The translations under genes and the position numbers were made by a program. The notes under the pieces are model-generated. The model saw only the letters and a program-made list of their open reading frames with translations. It had not been told where the DNA came from and made no database searches. Shown one piece after another: positions 60,831 through 64,000 of a DNA stretch of 64,000 bases (position 1 is the first letter of the stretch; each line of letters opens with the position of its first letter). Source of the DNA: Acidobacteriota bacterium (lineage in GTDB: Bacteria; Acidobacteriota; UBA6911; RPQK01; JAJDTT01); contig OZ242374.1 of assembly GCA_965209055.1 (NCBI GenBank), positions 704,001 through 768,000 of the forward strand. The letters are read 5' to 3'.

Positions 60831-62507
60831 ATGGAATTGGAGGTCCCGTTGAAAACCGCGCGAGGTCTCATGTCTCTTCCGGTTCGGCGGCTCGTCTGTG
60901 CAGCGCTTTTCGTGTTCGGCCTCATTTACTGCGCTCGCTCGAGCCGCGATGCTTCGCTTTCGGTTCGGGTCCTCGATGCCGGTACCGGTCAACCCACGCC
61001 GGTGCGGGTCTTGTTGAGCGACTCGGACGGCAACACTCCCCGGGTCACGGGCGCCCTGGCGGTCTCGGAATCTGCGATCCCCATCCCGGACGCCGCCATT
61101 GCAGTCATGTACGGACGCTACGATCGCGCGGAAGGGTATCTGCTCCAGCCCGACGGCTCCTTCTACGTCGACGGTTCTTTCGACGCGCAACTGCCCCCGG
61201 GATCGTATTCGCTCAAGCTGTCCAAGGGATACGAGTTCGTCGCGCAAACCGTGAAGCTCGATCTCAATCCGGGCGAGCGCCTTTCCCGAGAGTACAAGTT
61301 GGAGCGATGGATCGACATGCCCCAGCGCGGCTGGTACTCGGGGGACGATCACATTCACCTGCGGCGGTCGCCGCGCGACGATCCGGCCATTCTTCGCTGG
61401 GCGGCCGCAGAGGATGTGCACGTGGCGCACCTTCTCCAGATGGGGGATTTTTGGGCCACCTACTACTCTCAATATGCCTGGGGCAGCCGCGGCCGTTACC
61501 GCGAGGGGGACAACATCCTCTCGTCCGGCCAGGAAGGCCCCCGGACCCCCGAGATCGGTCACACCATCTCGCTCGGGGCGGAAGAGTTCGTCCGATTTCG
61601 GGACGACTACTACGACTACGGCCGTGTTTTCGACCAAGTCCACGAGCTGGGAGGCATTACCGGCTTCGCCCATCAGGCGATGACCTTTCACGGTTATCGT
61701 GGAATGACACTCAACGTATTGCGAGGCAAGGTCGACTTTCTCGAGGTGATGCAGTTCTGTCCCAAGGAAGGACCGCTGGCGCTGAAGCACTACTATCACT
61801 TCCTGGATCTCGGATACCGGCTTACGGCGCTGGGTGGCTCCGACTTTCCCTGGTGTGGGCGAGGACCTCGCTTCGGCCTTGAAGAGGGGTGTTCGCAGAT
61901 CGGCGACGCCCGGTTCTACACCTATACCGGCGACGGACTCTCGTTTGAGCGCTGGCTGCAGGGCGTCAAGGCAGGCCACACCTTCGTGACCAGCGGACCG
62001 ATGCTGGAGTTTACGGTGAATGACCGGCTTCCCGGCGCGACGCTGGATGTGGAATCGGGCACTGCAATCAGGATCTCGGCCAAAGCCTACGGGAAGGCGT
62101 CTCAAATCCCCTTGCGTCAGCTGGAAATCGTAGCGCATTCCGAAACGCTGAAGAAAGTCTCTGCGGGGGAGCCGGGACAGAGTGAAGAATTGCTCTCGAT
62201 CGAGATGGAGTTGCCGGTGCAACGTGGGATCTGGGTCGCCGCCCGGACCGATGCCGCCCACACCCAAGTCGCCCATACGACGCCGGTCTACGTCAGAGTG
62301 AACGGTGCGGGCTTCCACAACCCGGCAACGGCCGAACACTACCTCGAGCTATGTCGCAGCTACCTGAACGAGCTGGAAGAGGATCTGGCCCAACCAGGGA
62401 AAAGAAGCGATCACCAGGCTGTCAGGCACAAGGAGAGCCTGAAACGGCAGATCATTGAGACCAGAGCCGCGCTGAAGCAATTGGCTTCGGGTCTGGGCCG
62501 GGAATGA
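60831..62507 (+). CDS. CehA/McbA-family (PHP-like) metallohydrolase, exported
   Basis: GWYSGDDHIH, FAH, GGSDFP, GHTFVTSGP, AHTTPVYV. Start uncertain (60831 or 60870). Confidence 0.8.
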   Translation: MELEVPLKTARGLMSLPVRRLVCAALFVFGLIYCARSSRDASLSVRVLDAGTGQPTPVRVLLSDSDGNTPRVTGALAVSESAIPIPDAAIAVMYGRYDRAEGYLLQPDGSFYVDGSFDAQLPPGSYSLKLSKGYEFVAQTVKLDLNPGERLSREYKLERWIDMPQRGWYSGDDHIHLRRSPRDDPAILRWAAAEDVHVAHLLQMGDFWATYYSQYAWGSRGRYREGDNILSSGQEGPRTPEIGHTISLGAEEFVRFRDDYYDYGRVFDQVHELGGITGFAHQAMTFHGYRGMTLNVLRGKVDFLEVMQFCPKEGPLALKHYYHFLDLGYRLTALGGSDFPWCGRGPRFGLEEGCSQIGDARFYTYTGDGLSFERWLQGVKAGHTFVTSGPMLEFTVNDRLPGATLDVESGTAIRISAKAYGKASQIPLRQLEIVAHSETLKKVSAGEPGQSEELLSIEMELPVQRGIWVAARTDAAHTQVAHTTPVYVRVNGAGFHNPATAEHYLELCRSYLNELEEDLAQPGKRSDHQAVRHKESLKRQIIETRAALKQLASGLGRE

Positions 62508-62556
62508 CTCTGCTCCAGACCTCTGCGTCCGGTTGGGATAGAATGGAAACCTCAAG

Positions 62557-64000
62557 ATGATTCAGGCGAAACCAGCAAGACGTTTCCTGGCCTTCGCGCT
62601 CTCCTTCCTGGTTTTCCCGCCGCATGCGATCTCCCAACAACAGGAAGAGAAGGTCGATCCCTTTGAAAAGTGGTTGAAGGAGGACGTCCTCTACATCATC
62701 GCGGAGGAGGAGAAGAGCACTTTCCAAAATCTGACGACCGCCGTGGAGAAGGAAAACTTCATCGAACAATTCTGGCGGCGGAGAGATCCGGACCGCTCGA
62801 CACGGGAGAACGAGTTCAAGGAAGAGCACTACCGGCGGATCGCCTTCGCCAACGATCATTTCCACTATGCCGGCGTCTCCGGATGGAGGACGGACCGGGG
62901 CCGGATCTACATCATTTTCGGAGAGCCCCAGAGCCGCGAGCGGTATACGTCAGGCGCCATGTATTTCCGGCCTTTGTCCGAGGGCGGAGGGCGGACTCGA
63001 ACCTTTCCCTATGAGAGATGGCATTACAACCAGATGCCGGGAATTGGCCAGGGAGTCGATCTGGAGTTCGTGGACCGGTCCCAGACCGGCGACTTCCAGT
63101 TGGCCCTGCGTCCCGAGGAGAAGGACGCCCTGATGAATGTGCCGGCGGGCGGGTGGACGTTCTACGAAATGATCGGTGCGGAAACCCGGCCCGGGCGGTT
63201 CATCACCAGGGATCTGATGCGAACTACGGGGTTCGAGGGGGAGGGACACCACCGGACCTCTTCGAGTCCTTTCCGGATGTTGGAAACTTTTTTCCAGGCC
63301 CAACGACCGCCCGAAATCAAGTTCGACGATCTCCGGACCGCGGTACAGACGCGGGTTACCTACGACGAACTTGCCATGCAGGTGACCGACTCCTACCAGG
63401 TGCTGAATCCGAATACCTTCCTGGTGCCGATCACCGTCGTGGTTCCCGGTTCGCAGTTGAGTTATGAGGACCTGGCTGACGGAACGCGCCGCGCCACCGT
63501 CGAATTGTACGGATCCATCACGGCAATGGGGGGCCGGATGGTCCATGAGTTCGAGGAATCGATCTACCGGGATCTTCGCAGCGAACAGGAACGGGTTGCC
63601 CGGGATGTCTATTTCCAGAAGAAGCTTCCCGTTTCTCCCGGGATCTACAAACTCAACGTCATTGTCCGCGACCAACAGAGCGGCCGTATGGGCGCGATCC
63701 AGCGTCGGCTGGGTCTTCCCATGAAGGTTCCCAGCAATCTGAATCTCTCCTCGGTGACCTTGGCCGACTACATCGTCCCGGCGCAGGGGGAAACGGTCAC
63801 CGCACCCTTCGTCACGCCGCTCGGCTGGAAAGTCTACCCTTCCATGGACGGGGAGTTTCAGCCGGGTGATCCGCTGGGGACCTATTTCGAGATCTACGGT
63901 TACGCCGTCGACGGCGCCAGCGAGGCTCCGGACCTGGATATCCTTGCCAGGATCTGGGATCGGAAAGGAAAGGCGATCCTGAACGCTCCCGGACAGAATC
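62557..64000 (+). CDS. GWxTD domain-containing protein, 3' partial
   Basis: Missing from the ORF track because it runs off the window. Read by eye: MIQAKPARRFL..., WLKEDVLYII, FIEQFWRRRDP, GWRTDRGRIY. Paralog of 36330-37979. Confidence 0.85.
   Translation, partial: MIQAKPARRFLAFALSFLVFPPHAISQQQEEKVDPFEKWLKEDVLYIIAEEEKSTFQNLTTAVEKENFIEQFWRRRDPDRSTRENEFKEEHYRRIAFANDHFHYAGVSGWRTDRGRIYIIFGEPQSRERYTSGAMYFRPLSEGGGRTRTFPYERWHYNQMPGIGQGVDLEFVDRSQTGDFQLALRPEEKDALMNVPAGGWTFYEMIGAETRPGRFITRDLMRTTGFEGEGHHRTSSSPFRMLETFFQAQRPPEIKFDDLRTAVQTRVTYDELAMQVTDSYQVLNPNTFLVPITVVVPGSQLSYEDLADGTRRATVELYGSITAMGGRMVHEFEESIYRDLRSEQERVARDVYFQKKLPVSPGIYKLNVIVRDQQSGRMGAIQRRLGLPMKVPSNLNLSSVTLADYIVPAQGETVTAPFVTPLGWKVYPSMDGEFQPGDPLGTYFEIYGYAVDGASEAPDLDILARIWDRKGKAILNAPGQN

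Overview
A GC-rich bacterial window, most likely Acidobacteriota and possibly host- or sponge-associated (inferred from the gene-family mix, not tested). It has no rRNA, tRNA or CRISPR array that I can support. Contents: (i) a catabolic operon (SucCD-like CoA ligase, ferredoxin, TPP-dependent E1 beta then alpha, Ord/DapB-like dehydrogenase, enolase-superfamily enzyme, steroid 5-alpha-reductase-like protein); (ii) an ECF sigma operon; (iii) repeated modules of TPR proteins, CRTAC1/ASPIC-UnbV (FG-GAP) proteins, GWxTD proteins and TonB-dependent receptors (TBDRs); (iv) sialidase-family genes; (v) two decayed ISKra4-family copies and an ISNCY-like remnant; (vi) two type II toxin-antitoxin pairs; (vii) REP-like repeats. 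The best discovery candidate is a ~1353-aa FG-GAP/ASPIC-UnbV/redoxin/TPR gene (50997-55058) split by one in-frame TGA that is followed by a SECIS-like hairpin, i.e. a probable selenoprotein, divergent from a CxxCH cytochrome c/FG-GAP gene. Other strong leads are a CxxC/RAPP ribosome-arrest leader upstream of a His-rich TBDR, a duplicated promoter/leader with an ISKra4 end 16-18 bp upstream of its -35 in both copies, a -1 slippery site fusing the ISKra4 ORFs, and a C9-tract frameshift in a CRTAC1 gene.
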